From: Chitinophagales bacterium
GTDB taxonomy: Bacteria; Bacteroidota; Bacteroidia; Chitinophagales; LD1
Assembly (NCBI GenBank): GCA_046329515.1
Contig: JAXLUM010000005.1
Location: forward strand, 217,787 to 281,786
Length of the DNA stretch: 64,000 bases
Direction of reading: 5' to 3'
Shown: one piece after another, positions 30,845 to 41,887 of the stretch
Layout of the letters: each line of letters opens with the position of its first letter
Position numbering within the stretch: the stretch's first letter is position 1
Made by a program: the position numbers and the translations under genes
The notes under the pieces: generated by a model
The model's input: the letters and a program-made list of their open reading frames with translations, nothing else
What the model was told of the DNA's origin: nothing
Database searches by the model: none

Positions 30845-32165
30845 ATGAAAGCTAAAGAGATATGTATTGTTTGTGGCTCATGGTTATTCGTTGCCTCTGC
30901 GTGCCGTGCAATGCCCAGCCCAATGCAGAACGACCTTTTTCAGGCGCACTAACCGGCAGTTGCAGCCAGTATATGGATGTGCTTGCTAATGATGGATTAG
31001 ATAGCAGGCTGGCGCTGCCATCATAGTTATACCATCGTGGCAAATTTGCAGCTAACAGTTATTTCAACCATCACGCCCAAGGGCTTACCGGAACTGATGC
31101 GACTATGCCATGTTAATAAAGGCGATTAATGATACTGCAACGCCAGCATCAACTGTTTCATTAACAACTATATCTTCACAGCGCGATGCCGAACAAAACG
31201 GATTAGTTCGTGTGACGTTGACATACTGGCTCTTGGCCTTGCTTATAACCTAACCGGCCCATCCTGCCTTCCTGTTACCGTAAATGCACTGGCATGGCAA
31301 CCTCTTCTTATTTAAACAGTAACCCCGGCGCTGCTGATTGTAACGGAGATGGTATAGGCAAATGATGGTGACGCTGACAGCAATACCCGCTACGGACAAT
31401 TCGTTCCCTTCTCTACCTATTATGAAGTGATACCAGCAGATGTTATAATGGCTACCGCTTTTGCTGAAATACCCAACGGCGATTCAGTTGCTGACGGAGA
31501 CACTGGATATGCTGTAAATAAAACTAGGTAACGATTTGAGTGTGCAGGAAGCCTAAGCGGCGCAGCCTTAGCTTACGATTCGATAATGGTTTTATTGACG
31601 GAAGCGCCTTGCAAAGGCTACAACTTCTGGTTTTTGCAAAAATGATGCTCCCCTTTCTAATAAAAAAACCAATCAGGCCTATGGGTCAATTGATGTGGTG
31701 ATGAAAGAAACCAATCATCAACTGCAAGTGTAAAGGAGTTGTTACGCACGCATTCTACGATGATAATATTGACGGTAGCTGTGTTGACTGGGCTGGCACG
31801 ATTTAAATTTTCAATTATGAAAAACGGCAAGGAAAGCGAGTTTAACGGTGACAAGATGTTTGCATACAAGGCACCTCCACCGTGCATGTGTTTAAATGGT
31901 TGATGATAAACGAAAGTCTGGCAATTGCAATCGTTGCCGCTTACCCCAACCCAACCAACGGCCAGCTAATCATTGAGGCCGCTAAACTGGAAGGACTAAC
32001 TATTTACGATTTAAGCGGAAGGCAGCTGTTTACTTCAGCCTTTGCCTGAGTAACAGCTATGAAAAGAACGCATATTCTTGGGCTGGCAGCCGGGACTTAC
32101 CTGTTACAGCTTAAAGCTGACACTACCATTATTACCGCAAGAAACTTATTGTTCAACCCAAACCC
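30845..32165 (+). pseudogene. T9SS type-A cargo protein, frameshifted
   Basis: Signal-peptide-like start. MDVLANDGL Ig-like fragment. C-terminal AYPNPTNGQLIIE...IYDLSGRQL...LAAGTYLLQL CTD. Confidence 0.6.
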
Positions 32166-32265
32166 CCAGCACAAAGAAAGATTGTAAAAAAGAGCCGGCA
32201 CAAGCTCAAGGAGCCGCACCGGCGTACAAAAGGCGAAACCAAATTTAACAAACTAAATCAATAAC

Positions 32266-34574
32266 ATGGAAACCTTTTAGAATCATACTTATGGTAGCCT
32301 TTATGGCCATTATAAGCTTTGCGCGGCCTCAAACCAGTTCTACCGTCAGTACAGGCGGGGCAAGTGCGCATTGGTAGATTCCACTAATAATTACCCCATT
32401 GATAGCTTTACCGTATTGGTACCGCCAACAAACGGCACCATCAGTTATTCGCCTGCATATGGCTCGTACGTTTATTGCCCTAACAACGGCTTTATAGGCG
32501 CTGATTTTGCCCAGGCTTACATATGCTTTAACACGGGCTTTTTGGTAAAAACCGGTGATATTTAATATTACCTTTTTGGTTGATAGCAGCAACCCCTTGC
32601 ACCTTAACCGCTTACGTTGTGCAGGATTCAGCAGCAGTTCGCCCGGGCGGTAATCGCTTCATTGCAATTACCGTGGTGGTGTTCCGCCTTTTACTTATTT
32701 ATGGTCTGATGGCTCTACTTCAGATATTTACTGCGAACCCAGCCTTAATGCCGGCGGTTGCGTAACCGTAACCGATAATGCAGGTTGCTTTTTCAGCGCT
32801 TGCAGTGGCAATAACGGCTGCCAGTTAGTGTTAAACGTAGCCCATAAATACCTGTGGCTTCGCGGGCCGGTATAATAGCCGTGCTTCCGGTGACAGCCCC
32901 TTACCCTATTACTGGAATACAGGCGTTAACACTGGGGAAATACCGGTAACGTACAACAGGAACCATGTATTGCCTGTAATTGACGCTTAATGCGCCGTGC
33001 AGGGTAGCTGCTACCAGGTAATGCTAAGCAGGCAACTGTTCTTTCTACGGTTACAGCGCCAACCCACGGTGGTGGAACTGATGTAGATTTCACAGCTACT
33101 ACGATTCAAGCTATACTGCCAGTTCCATTACATGGGATTTTTGGCGATAACACTACCGGTACCGCTAACCCAACACACGCTTATGCAAACTGTGGTGTAT
33201 ACAACGTAACACTTATTTATATAGCAACGGCGATTCATGCTCCTACACCAACCAGGTGTACGCGCAATGCGACTTCACCACGTTATCCGTTGTGCCGCTA
33301 AATACCTTACTACTATGGGGATAAACAGCAATTTCCACTTTATGATTACTCCGCCTACAACCCAATTACATGGATACGGGATTTTGGTGACGGGTACAAC
33401 ATCAACTTCTACAGACCCTATGCACAGTTATGGCACACAGGGCACATGGAACGTTTGCTTAACTATTACTGATGGCAGCGGATGTTCATCAAGCTACTGC
33501 GAGCAGGTAAGTAATGTGCTCTGCACAGACCTACTGCTTTTTTATACCACCAAACAACAGTTACACCGGGCTTCTTTCCGTTGTGGACTTACTTAACTGC
33601 TTTTCGGCAACAGCGGCAACATAATGATGGATGGCACTATGACCTACCACTATCCTGATGGCGCTACCTTCAATTATTCTTCACCTCCGGCTATCAAGGC
33701 ACGACAACTACATTCTTACTTTCACCTTCACCAATCTGCTGCTTTACCTGCAGATGTGTATGCTGACCTTACAGCAGGTGCTGGTACGCAATTAGGGCTC
33801 AATAGCTAACGATACGCTTTAGCCTCATCAGCTGGGCGTAGACATTAACCTGGCGGATAAATATGGCTGTTGTAAGCGATTCAGTGGTTGGTTCATGGGA
33901 CTTAACGATAAAGCCGTATCACCTAAAGGTGAATCTGCTTTAGGTATTATTCCGGTTAGCACACAGGAGTTTACCGTATCCGTTTCCAAAACACTGGTAA
34001 CGCCTGCGCAAAACGTAATGATACGCGACGAGATTAACAGCAATATTGACCTTACTACTGTAAAAGTTACAGGGTACCGACCATCAGCAATGTAGCTGAA
34101 ATTATCCTGCACGAATTAGTGGTAACTTTGCCAACATAATGCTGCCTGATGTAGCGGGTTCACAAATTACGAAGGCAGCTAGGCTATATTGATGTATTGC
34201 TGGGTTGAAGCCAGGCTTACCTTATGGCACCGCAAATATTCAACACGGCCAACATTTACTGATTTTACGTTCTTGTTGTATTACTAACACTGGTAGTAAT
34301 ACATTGGGTGGACCAACAGTAACAACAAATTGCAACAACTTCCGTGTTTACCCTGTTGCCTAACCCTGCGCAAGCGCAACTTTACATACGTGGTGAGTTT
34401 GACAAAAATTCGACCTACGAAGTAATGGATGCGCTTGGCCAAACAGCGTAGTTGCCAATGGCGAACATGGTATAAGCAACCGTGTTGACGCATCAACTTT
34501 TAGCACGGTATTACCTGGCAAAAGCAAGAGGAGATGGCGAGCGGCGTTCCTAACGCCTTGTTATTGCAAAATAA
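32266..34574 (+). pseudogene. T9SS type-A cargo protein with SprB-like, two PKD and DUF11-like domains, frameshifted
   Basis: Fragments: PPFTYLWSDGST, WDFGDNTTGTANPTHAYANCGVYNVTL, DFGDGTTSTSTDPMHSYGTQGTWNVCLTITD, NDKAVSPKG, RFQNTGNAPAQNVMIRD, LPNPAQAQL CTD, TAA at 34572-34574. Confidence 0.7.
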
Positions 34575-34676
34575 TTTCTTCTCAGTCTGTGCTGTCACCC
34601 GTGTGTGCCTTTTTTATTGCTTGGCTATATTTGCGTCAATCGAATGACACCAACAACAACATTAGCTCCTTATGGT

Positions 34677-35305
34677 TTAGTTTGACGTGTTTTCTATACC
34701 TCTTGCGCCGCACTAAAGCTGGTAGTGATTAAAATGTAACATCAATATTTTTTGTTGTTGCGAGATAATCAGTTATTATATTTAAGTAAATAAATAAAGT
34801 ATTAGCCACCTCAGGCGTGTCATCGATATTCATTTCACCTGGGTGCATGGCATTGTTTCTGTCGCAATTTAATAATATCTACTGCTTGTTGTATTTTTTC
34901 GGTACATTCTTTACTAAGGCACCTTATCATTGTATTTAATATCCTTTTTTCTAGAGACTTCGCAGTTTTTGTAGTGCCAATCAAGTAATTGCAAGCCAGA
35001 ACTTCTAGAGATGCTGGTTATAATTACTGGCTTCCATATAATCCTTTCTTTGTATTTTCAGCATACTTGCTCACTATACCTCCTGAATATGTAAGTAATT
35101 AAGCATCCGAATTCAAACAGCTATGAAAAACATCAAGACACTGAAAAACTATATGGAGATAAGGAAATCCTTTCTAATTAATGGTTTCATCTGTTTGTTT
35201 TCCTGAAAATGTGAACAATCCATAATTCCATGTCTGTCTTTTAAATATGTTAAACAATATGACAGTTGAAGGCGTCATTCAACTGAGGTAAGGGCAGCAT
35301 TGCAT
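34677..35305 (-). pseudogene. DUF4145-domain protein, frameshifted
   Basis: Fragments: PQLNDAFNC, KKDYMEASN, IQQAVDII, NNAMHPGEMNIDDTPEVANTLFIYLNIITDYL, SLPA. AT-rich. Confidence 0.65.
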
Positions 35306-35539
35306 AATTAACTTATAATAGCTAATTGCACTTACAATAGACAATAGAAAGCATACACCTAACTTGCCTGTTTGCTAGATCTGATTTTTGAGTATCACGC
35401 ATTGCTTGAAGTTTGTGGGCAAGCTTATGCCATTATTTTGTGGGCATGTAACATTTGGCTGCAGTGTTATCAGCAAAGAGATTGTGTTAAGTGATTGACT
35501 AAGCATTTCTAAAAGAGAAAATCATTTATCTTGCAATCA

Positions 35540-38500
35540 GGTAACAGTAGCTGAAGGCCCTTAACTATCACATTTTAATCAACCAGATTATAAAATGATT
35601 TTGGATAAACTGACATGCTGGCTAAAGAGCTTTGTTATCATTCTGTGCAGGTAATCACATGAAGCTACAGTGGCAGTATCATCCAGGAAAGTACAACTGT
35701 TATTATCAGTATAACTATAGTTGCTATGACTGTCAACTGGCTAAGCTGGTAAAACGAACTGGGTAACAATTAGTAGGCCGCTATATGGCTCACTGGCAGT
35801 ACACTGGTTATTACTACTCTATTGCGTATGGTTGCACTACTTACCGGAAAAAGTAAAAGCTTAATGGGGAGAAGCATTTACCGTAATCGTTAAGGCCAGC
35901 ATTGAACTATCATAGCCATTAACTGCACCAACGCGATTGCAATTGTTGGCAGAAGTTGTTGAAGGCCATTACATGACCATCAATGGTAGTAGCGCCTCGA
36001 CCAGCTTGTTGGGCAAGTCCAGTTGTAAGAAGTAGCATTAGCAATATAAGAACCATATACACTAATTAGAAGAACTTTTCGCAACGGTTGTTACTGCTTT
36101 ATAGCTGGTGTTAGCTAAAAGTACTTGGAATGGTAACACTAAATTGATGCAGATTGAAGCGGAACCCATATTGTTAATGGTACCAACGATAATAACTCTT
36201 CCGCTTCAACTGGTTGCATCTTGGTAATAGAAGGATCAGGATGATGAGCCTGACCAGCTGAAGGAATGTTCAGCCATAAGCGCCATAGCCTGCGACAATT
36301 AACACGAATCGTTTGACTGCTGCCACTGTAACATTGTTGTTGCCACTAATAGTGCTCCGAAAAATGGTATTTCGTAACGGATGATGGCAAGGTTTTCAGT
36401 TGTGAGTCGCAATCCGTTGCGCAATAATTACCTGTAGTATGCCGCTAACAGCACGGTACGATTAATTGCGACAGGTGCTGGCATCTGTCCATTGCGATGG
36501 TAAGGTCCAGGTAATAGTTGTTCGTTACCAGTTAATGGCGATATTGTTCATTGTTTCCAAGCAAACGGTAGTGTTACCCAGAATACTCCGTAGGCACGTT
36601 TGGCCAATTGACTTCATCGACACAGTGAAAGCAGGGAAGTTGCATCGTTATCAGTAAATCGTTAACTGGCGTAACTCGTTATGAAGCATCTGCGTGGCTG
36701 TCGGTAAAACATCGCGGGAATGTTGCCGGAAGTTTGCCCCAGGATATTTCATCGAAAATCTTGCGGTAAAGTCCAGGTAATAGCTTCTGCAGGGGCGCCG
36801 TTTACAGCACTAACAGACAGAATCGCCCGGTTGGATTGCGCAAACGACTGTTGCGCCGTTTATGGAGCCTTGCCGCGCCTAAATAACAATCAATAAGCCA
36901 TCGATTTTAACGGTAGAATATGCGTTTGGTAATCCCAACTGGCTGACGGTGAACCATAATTCAATCGAATCGATGCATTTGCCAAAGCTTCATAGTGATA
37001 CAGCAATTCGGGTCGCTTTGCAATAGCGGCAACTTTGCCGGTAAACTTAATCGACAGGGCGACCCTGGTGGAAAACTCGACAGGCCATCGAGGCGCTTAC
37101 GCCCACATCAGGACGGCTACCTGCGGAGCGAATTGTTGAGGCGTCGCAGCAGGAAAGTGGCATTGTTTACCGTTAAGGTGGCCGTTGCTGAAACAGATCG
37201 CCAGCAGCCAACCGTCATCGAGCGCCCTGCGGCTGGCGGGCGATTCATACCGATCAAGCCATACCGCGATGGTTATGCCGCCAGCTGGCGTAGCGCCCTG
37301 AGTAACCCGAATATTGCTGCGACAGTGAAGCTTACCGCCGCCATTAGCGCTGACCTTGCCGACAGGGCGGCTGGCCTGCCTGAAGTAAAGGCGGCGTCTG
37401 GAGATCGCCGGCGGCAACGGTTATTGGCGGACGGTTTGTTGGCTGGCGCAGTGCAGGCCGGAGGATACATGCCGAACCCCGTAGCCTGAACAGCGATTAT
37501 GACATTCAGCTACACTTTCAAATTGATGCTTGCACTGTGTCAGGAACTGCAGTTGGTCTATGTAAACAGGAATGTTAGAGATAAATAGGGGTGAGAAGCC
37601 GATGAGATCATGGTTACGACGATGTTAATAATAGTATTGGCTTATTCGAACTTCAACTTAATATGCCGTTAATGACGGTAAGCCCATCAATTCCGTTTAT
37701 TTTTACGGAGTCGGCATTTTAGATGGAGCCATTCAGACCACATAAAAATCATGTTTTATCACGAAGTGATTTGCCGAACAGAATCCTGGAAAGACGGTTC
37801 GATAACCGACCGCGCTGTTGCTTCTGGCATAGTTTTTCCAGAAGATGTAAGAAGCAACCCGAAGGTTATTGAATCCAGCCCCGTTTTGCCAATTTAAACA
37901 ACTGGGTAGCAGTCAAATTCGCCGAAATAAAATTGATGTTGGATCCACCTGCAGCGCAACCTGAAGGTGACCTAACTCATTTGTTGTCTCCGTGCCTGAT
38001 GGGAAAAAATGAAATTTAGCATTGGTAGTAGCGGGCCTAATAGCCATATGGTGTTGCCCGTTGTTGCTCCTTATACGTCATCATTATTGCAGGGCTTTAG
38101 CATAAAAGCAATTGATGGTTGAAATGAATTAAACCCGGCACAGTAATTGCGTATCTCAAGCAGCTTACGCCTGAAATACTCAGCGCCTACGCACTATCAT
38201 TCAGGAAGACGAGAAGTTGTCGCGTGAAAATAGGAATAAAATCGGCGTGCTAAGATCCGGTGTTTCAGGTACCAAAGCAAGCGTATATTGTAAGGCCCTG
38301 AATTAAACAAAGATGCAGGGGCGAAGGAGCACGCAGGCAGAATAGACTGGATATTGCGTAGCGTTTCATACGCACCGGCAAAATAAATAACGTCCTTTTA
38401 CGCGGTAATAATTTGCTGTGTTGCCACTATAGCACCTGTATTGTGCGCATAGGTAGTAGCGCTTCCGGTGTAGATGTTGGTCCATGTGCTGCCGTCAGGG

Positions 38501-38681
38501 CTGTTTTCAACTATAGCGGCAGTAGTAGCCCAGCTTAAGCTTATATAATGTGCAGCACCGTTTGTGCACCAATTGCCGTTAACCGGCTTCGGCATTGTGG
38601 TGGTTGTGCATATACCCCAAGGGTAATGAATAGAAACAATAAAGCAGCCAGTGGCTTTAGGTAGGGGTAAAACTTTAACAT
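35540..38681 (-). pseudogene. Large secreted FN3/Ig/PKD-repeat protein, heavily corrupted; 3' end uncertain
   Basis: MLKFYPYLKPLAALLFLFITLGVYAQ signal peptide. ISLSWAT..ENSPDGSTWTNIYTGSATTYAH FN3-like unit. Later fragments SATATLTVN, NYYLD, IANATSYNWT. Confidence 0.45.
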
Positions 38682-38744
38682 GCGTCCTTTTTGTGTTAGC
38701 GGCTGCAAGTATACCAACAAAAAGTTTTACGGAATGGCCTTTAA

Positions 38745-39822
38745 CTACCTGAAGGTATAGGTCTTTTTATTGCACCAAATTTTGGTTTCATATTGCTGCA
38801 GGCTGTAGGTAACCGCATCGTTATACACGTTATATTTTTTACCCAGCGGTATCTGCTCACTTACCTGCACCTGCTCACCGTAATAGAAGGCTTTTCAGGC
38901 GGCCGTCAAGGTCCTGCAACAATAATGTCATTATCTACTTTCGCATAGCGGTATGTAGCGTTCCAACCAATACTTTACCGTTATACCACCAGAAGTTATT
39001 GCCACGGTCAGTATACACAATCAGGTTTTCAACGGTTAGGTTAACCAAGCGTCTTCCATCGTTCTCCTGCCCTGGTAATGCACTATCAACTGTTTTAACT
39101 GCGACATATAAACGCCAAACCGCTCGCCCGTCCACCATCTTACCTGCACACCTGCATCGGTTTCAGTAATTTCGCCAAACTCGTGTTTACTTTATAGTTA
39201 TTGGCATAGTCGGTATACATTATAAATCGCGGTTCACCAAAAATTCATGGGCTCAAAGGTTTCCAGCGTTTGATTCCGTCTACGAAACACTTTAAACGTT
39301 CCACATCTATATAGGCAAAAATGTTATCGCCCATTTTACCAACAAGCGTTTAATTTCGGTGCGCTCCAACAATTGGGTTTTACCATCATAAAATATATTC
39401 AACTCGCCCAGCGCATTGGTCCATGCAATAAGGCTATCGGAATAATAAAGCGAATCTTCCCCCGGCCGCCAGAAGGCTTCCAGTTGTTTAAACTCATTGC
39501 CGTACAAAACCTTTATCTGGTTAAAGTTTTGATATAGCATCCAGTTATCAGTCATGTAATAATTAGGCTCGGTATCGGCTATAGTATATTGCTTGCCTTT
39601 GTAATACACTTTAAGGCGGTTGTTTTGCCCAACGTAAGCAAATATGTTATTACGGCCCACCTTAAAGTTACGCAGGGGTAAATTTTCAAGGTAATTGCTT
39701 TGGCCGGCATCAAACACATAAACAAAATTGTTTATATCCATAAAAGGGGCCATGCATTGCCCGTAACCCAGGTAGGTTATAAGGCTAAACAATACGATAC
39801 TGAAGTATTTCACAAAGGGCAA
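38745..39822 (-). pseudogene. Secreted beta-repeat hypothetical protein, frameshifted after about 39345
   Basis: Intact N-half (ORF 39307-39822). Downstream fragments GDNIFAYI, IVYTDRGNNFWWYNGK, VYNDAVTYSLQQYETKIWCNKKTYTFR-stop. Confidence 0.6.
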
Positions 39823-39911
39823 GTTGCAGTTAAAGTTTCAAATTTCTATCCAAACCCCTAAACGGAATTATTCAACGGGCTTTACTTAACAATTATTATC
39901 CGGCATAAATG

Positions 39912-39933
39912 AAAAAGGCACCTTGCGGTGCCT
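39912..39933 (-). terminator. Intrinsic terminator of the 39941-40705 gene
   Basis: AGGCACC-ttgc-GGTGCCT stem with an A-run on the plus strand. Confidence 0.75.
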
Positions 39934-39940
39934 GTATAGT

Positions 39941-40705
39941 TTAGTGCGGAGTGCTGTATTGGTTTTTCATTTGCTCAATCCATTTTTGACGCTCCTCCGG
40001 TGTCATCTGCTGTATCTTGCTGTAATCTATACCCATACCTGCGCCGGGCATTGCAGGGCCTTCGCTCTTTTTATACCCGCTTAAGCTAAACATGGTTGAA
40101 GGGTTATTTCTCTTCTCGGCAGTTATAAGGTCAATCTGCACCATTTGGCCGTGGTCCTCTGTTTTAATTCTTACAGGGAAACCTACCGCACCTTTTGCTT
40201 CCAGCGCGCTATATAGATTGCTTTTGCCGGTGTACTGCGATTTTACTTTGGAGAACTCAGCATAGTTGGCCATTTCAGTAGTAGTCCACCAATCCATATC
40301 GTGCTTGCTGCCTTTCTGCTTAATTTTTACGTGGGTGCAGTTGTAGCCGTTCACTTTCTCCTTGCCTATTACAGTAACTTCGTATTCGCTTTTGTCACCA
40401 TCGCGGTATTCTTCTTTATTGCTTACATCCATTTCGCTGTAGGTCTTCTCCTTTTCGTTCAGCATGTAAATTTTAGAAGGCTCGCTTTTAAGACTAAGTA
40501 TTGCCATAGCGCCGAAACCCGCCGGCACTTTTGCCGAGCTCATTTGCATTTCGCTGCGGCTGTTGCCATCCTGGCTGTAAATCTTCATGGTGCCCATTTC
40601 GCCATCGTTGCCGCTCATCTTCATTTCCATGTAGTAGCCCTGGGCAAAAACACCTAAGCCAAACATCATCAAAATTGATAATGCCGTTATTTTATACTTT
40701 TTCAT
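39941..40705 (-). CDS. Secreted DUF4412-type protein
   Basis: Signal peptide, IYMLNEKEKTYSEM, IGKEKVNGYNCTHV...WWTT...GFPVRI...MFSLSGYKK. Start placed at MKKYK. Confidence 0.78.
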   Translation of the reverse strand: MKKYKITALSILMMFGLGVFAQGYYMEMKMSGNDGEMGTMKIYSQDGNSRSEMQMSSAKVPAGFGAMAILSLKSEPSKIYMLNEKEKTYSEMDVSNKEEYRDGDKSEYEVTVIGKEKVNGYNCTHVKIKQKGSKHDMDWWTTTEMANYAEFSKVKSQYTGKSNLYSALEAKGAVGFPVRIKTEDHGQMVQIDLITAEKRNNPSTMFSLSGYKKSEGPAMPGAGMGIDYSKIQQMTPEERQKWIEQMKNQYSTPH

Positions 40706-40792
40706 GTGGTTTATTTTAATGTGAAGATAGAAACCACAACAATACCAATCAATGATATTATTCAACCTGTTAAACCATTAAAATAAGGTAAA

Positions 40793-41413
40793 CTACTTGT
40801 GGCTAACTACCTGGCGTTGCAGGTTTTCAAAGGTAGTCATGGGGTTTTCTACGCTTTGGGTATTGGTCATCCAGTCGGGTATGCTGCCGCCGGGGTTTGA
40901 GGAGTATTCATTGGTAACTTCGGTGCCGCCTGCCTTGGGAACAAACTTCCAAACGGCCACCATTTGCTCAATGCGCACTACACCTTCCTGTTCTTTCAGG
41001 TACCTAGGTTCTGAAGTTTCCGTCATAACTATAGTGCCGTTGGCATCACGCTCTACCTTTATGCGCAACACACAGTCGCGGTCAGCTACCGGCCAAGGGG
41101 CATTAAATACCATGTGGGCTATAAATTCATTGGCATTAAGGCGGGCCACTATTTTGGCGCTTTTGCAACGCGGAACCCAGTTAGGGTAATTATCGAAATC
41201 AGTTAACAGCGCAAGCATGTTCTCGGGGCTGTTTGATACCAGCATTACCGCTTTGGCATCGCGCAGTTTGCCCCACTTGCTCTTTTTGGTAAAAATTTTA
41301 ATGCCTTTTTTCTCCTGTTCGTACACCCACTCATTAACCTGTTGGGCGCTTCTCCAAGAGCCTAGCGTAAATAACGCAAGCATCAAAATCAATAATTTAC
41401 CGCTGTGTTTCAT
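40793..41413 (-). CDS. START/SRPBCC lipid-binding domain protein
   Basis: W.YEQEKKGIKIF, DFDNYPNWVPRC, APWPVADRD, NPGGSIPDW. TAGATTTG promoter box on the minus strand at 41424-41431. Confidence 0.88.
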   Translation of the reverse strand: MKHSGKLLILMLALFTLGSWRSAQQVNEWVYEQEKKGIKIFTKKSKWGKLRDAKAVMLVSNSPENMLALLTDFDNYPNWVPRCKSAKIVARLNANEFIAHMVFNAPWPVADRDCVLRIKVERDANGTIVMTETSEPRYLKEQEGVVRIEQMVAVWKFVPKAGGTEVTNEYSSNPGGSIPDWMTNTQSVENPMTTFENLQRQVVSHK

Positions 41414-41577
41414 TATAATTATGCAAATCTATTCAAATAACAGCGGTTTCGGAAAATTGTTGTGCGAATATTCCGCATTTTTTTTGAACAGGTATGTGGG
41501 GAATAGGACTGCCTCAAACTCTGAGGGTTTAAGCGGGCTGCATGTTAAATAGAATGGGGGGGTAATTGGGGAGAGAA

Positions 41578-41693
41578 AACCACCCCGAACCATCCTCCGC
41601 AAGCGGAGTCTGTTTCTGCCCCTCCTTATCAAGGAGGGGAATTTGAAGTTGCACTGCTAACCGAGTGAGATTCTGACTTTCGTCAGAAAGACG
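41578..41693. repeat. REP-like palindromes
   Basis: AACCACCCCG...CCCCTCCTTATCAAGGAGGGG hairpin, then TTCTGAC-tttc-GTCAGAA hairpin. Confidence 0.75.
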
Positions 41694-41706
41694 TGGAAGA
41701 AGATTA

Positions 41707-41869
41707 TACCTCCTCCGTCAATCCCGATAGCTATCGGGATTTCCTCGTCCTCCTCCCGACGCTTCGGGACAGGAGGACAATTTAATACAACTACGTACTT
41801 AATCTTAGAAGTTAGGATACTGTCCCCCTAACAGGGGGACGAGGGCGAGTTTACGGCCCGGAGGGGGTA
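41707..41869. mobile_element. MITE-like composite palindrome, copy 1
   Basis: Ends TACCTCCTCCG / CGGAGGGGGTA. Internal ATCCCGATAGCTATCGGGAT and GTCCCCCT-aac-AGGGGGAC hairpins. Confidence 0.7.
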
Positions 41870-41887
41870 GTAAAAGTTTGGAGGGTT

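Noticed and set aside
34626-34715. Corrupted tRNA after a TATATTTG promoter-like box
   Set aside because: The TAGCTC-to-GCACTA span is about 15 nt too short, there is no T-loop GTTCGA, and the 3' part reads on the minus strand as the DUF4145 C-terminus.
36995-37489. GC-rich ORFs as a foreign gene
   Set aside because: The minus strand gives Ig-like fragments (SATATLTVN) continuous with the corrupted 38681 gene. The ORFs are likely noise.
29270-39350. Diversity-generating retroelement or programmed hypermutation
   Set aside because: No reverse transcriptase or template/variable repeat pair. The damage is indels across whole genes, not adenine-specific substitutions.
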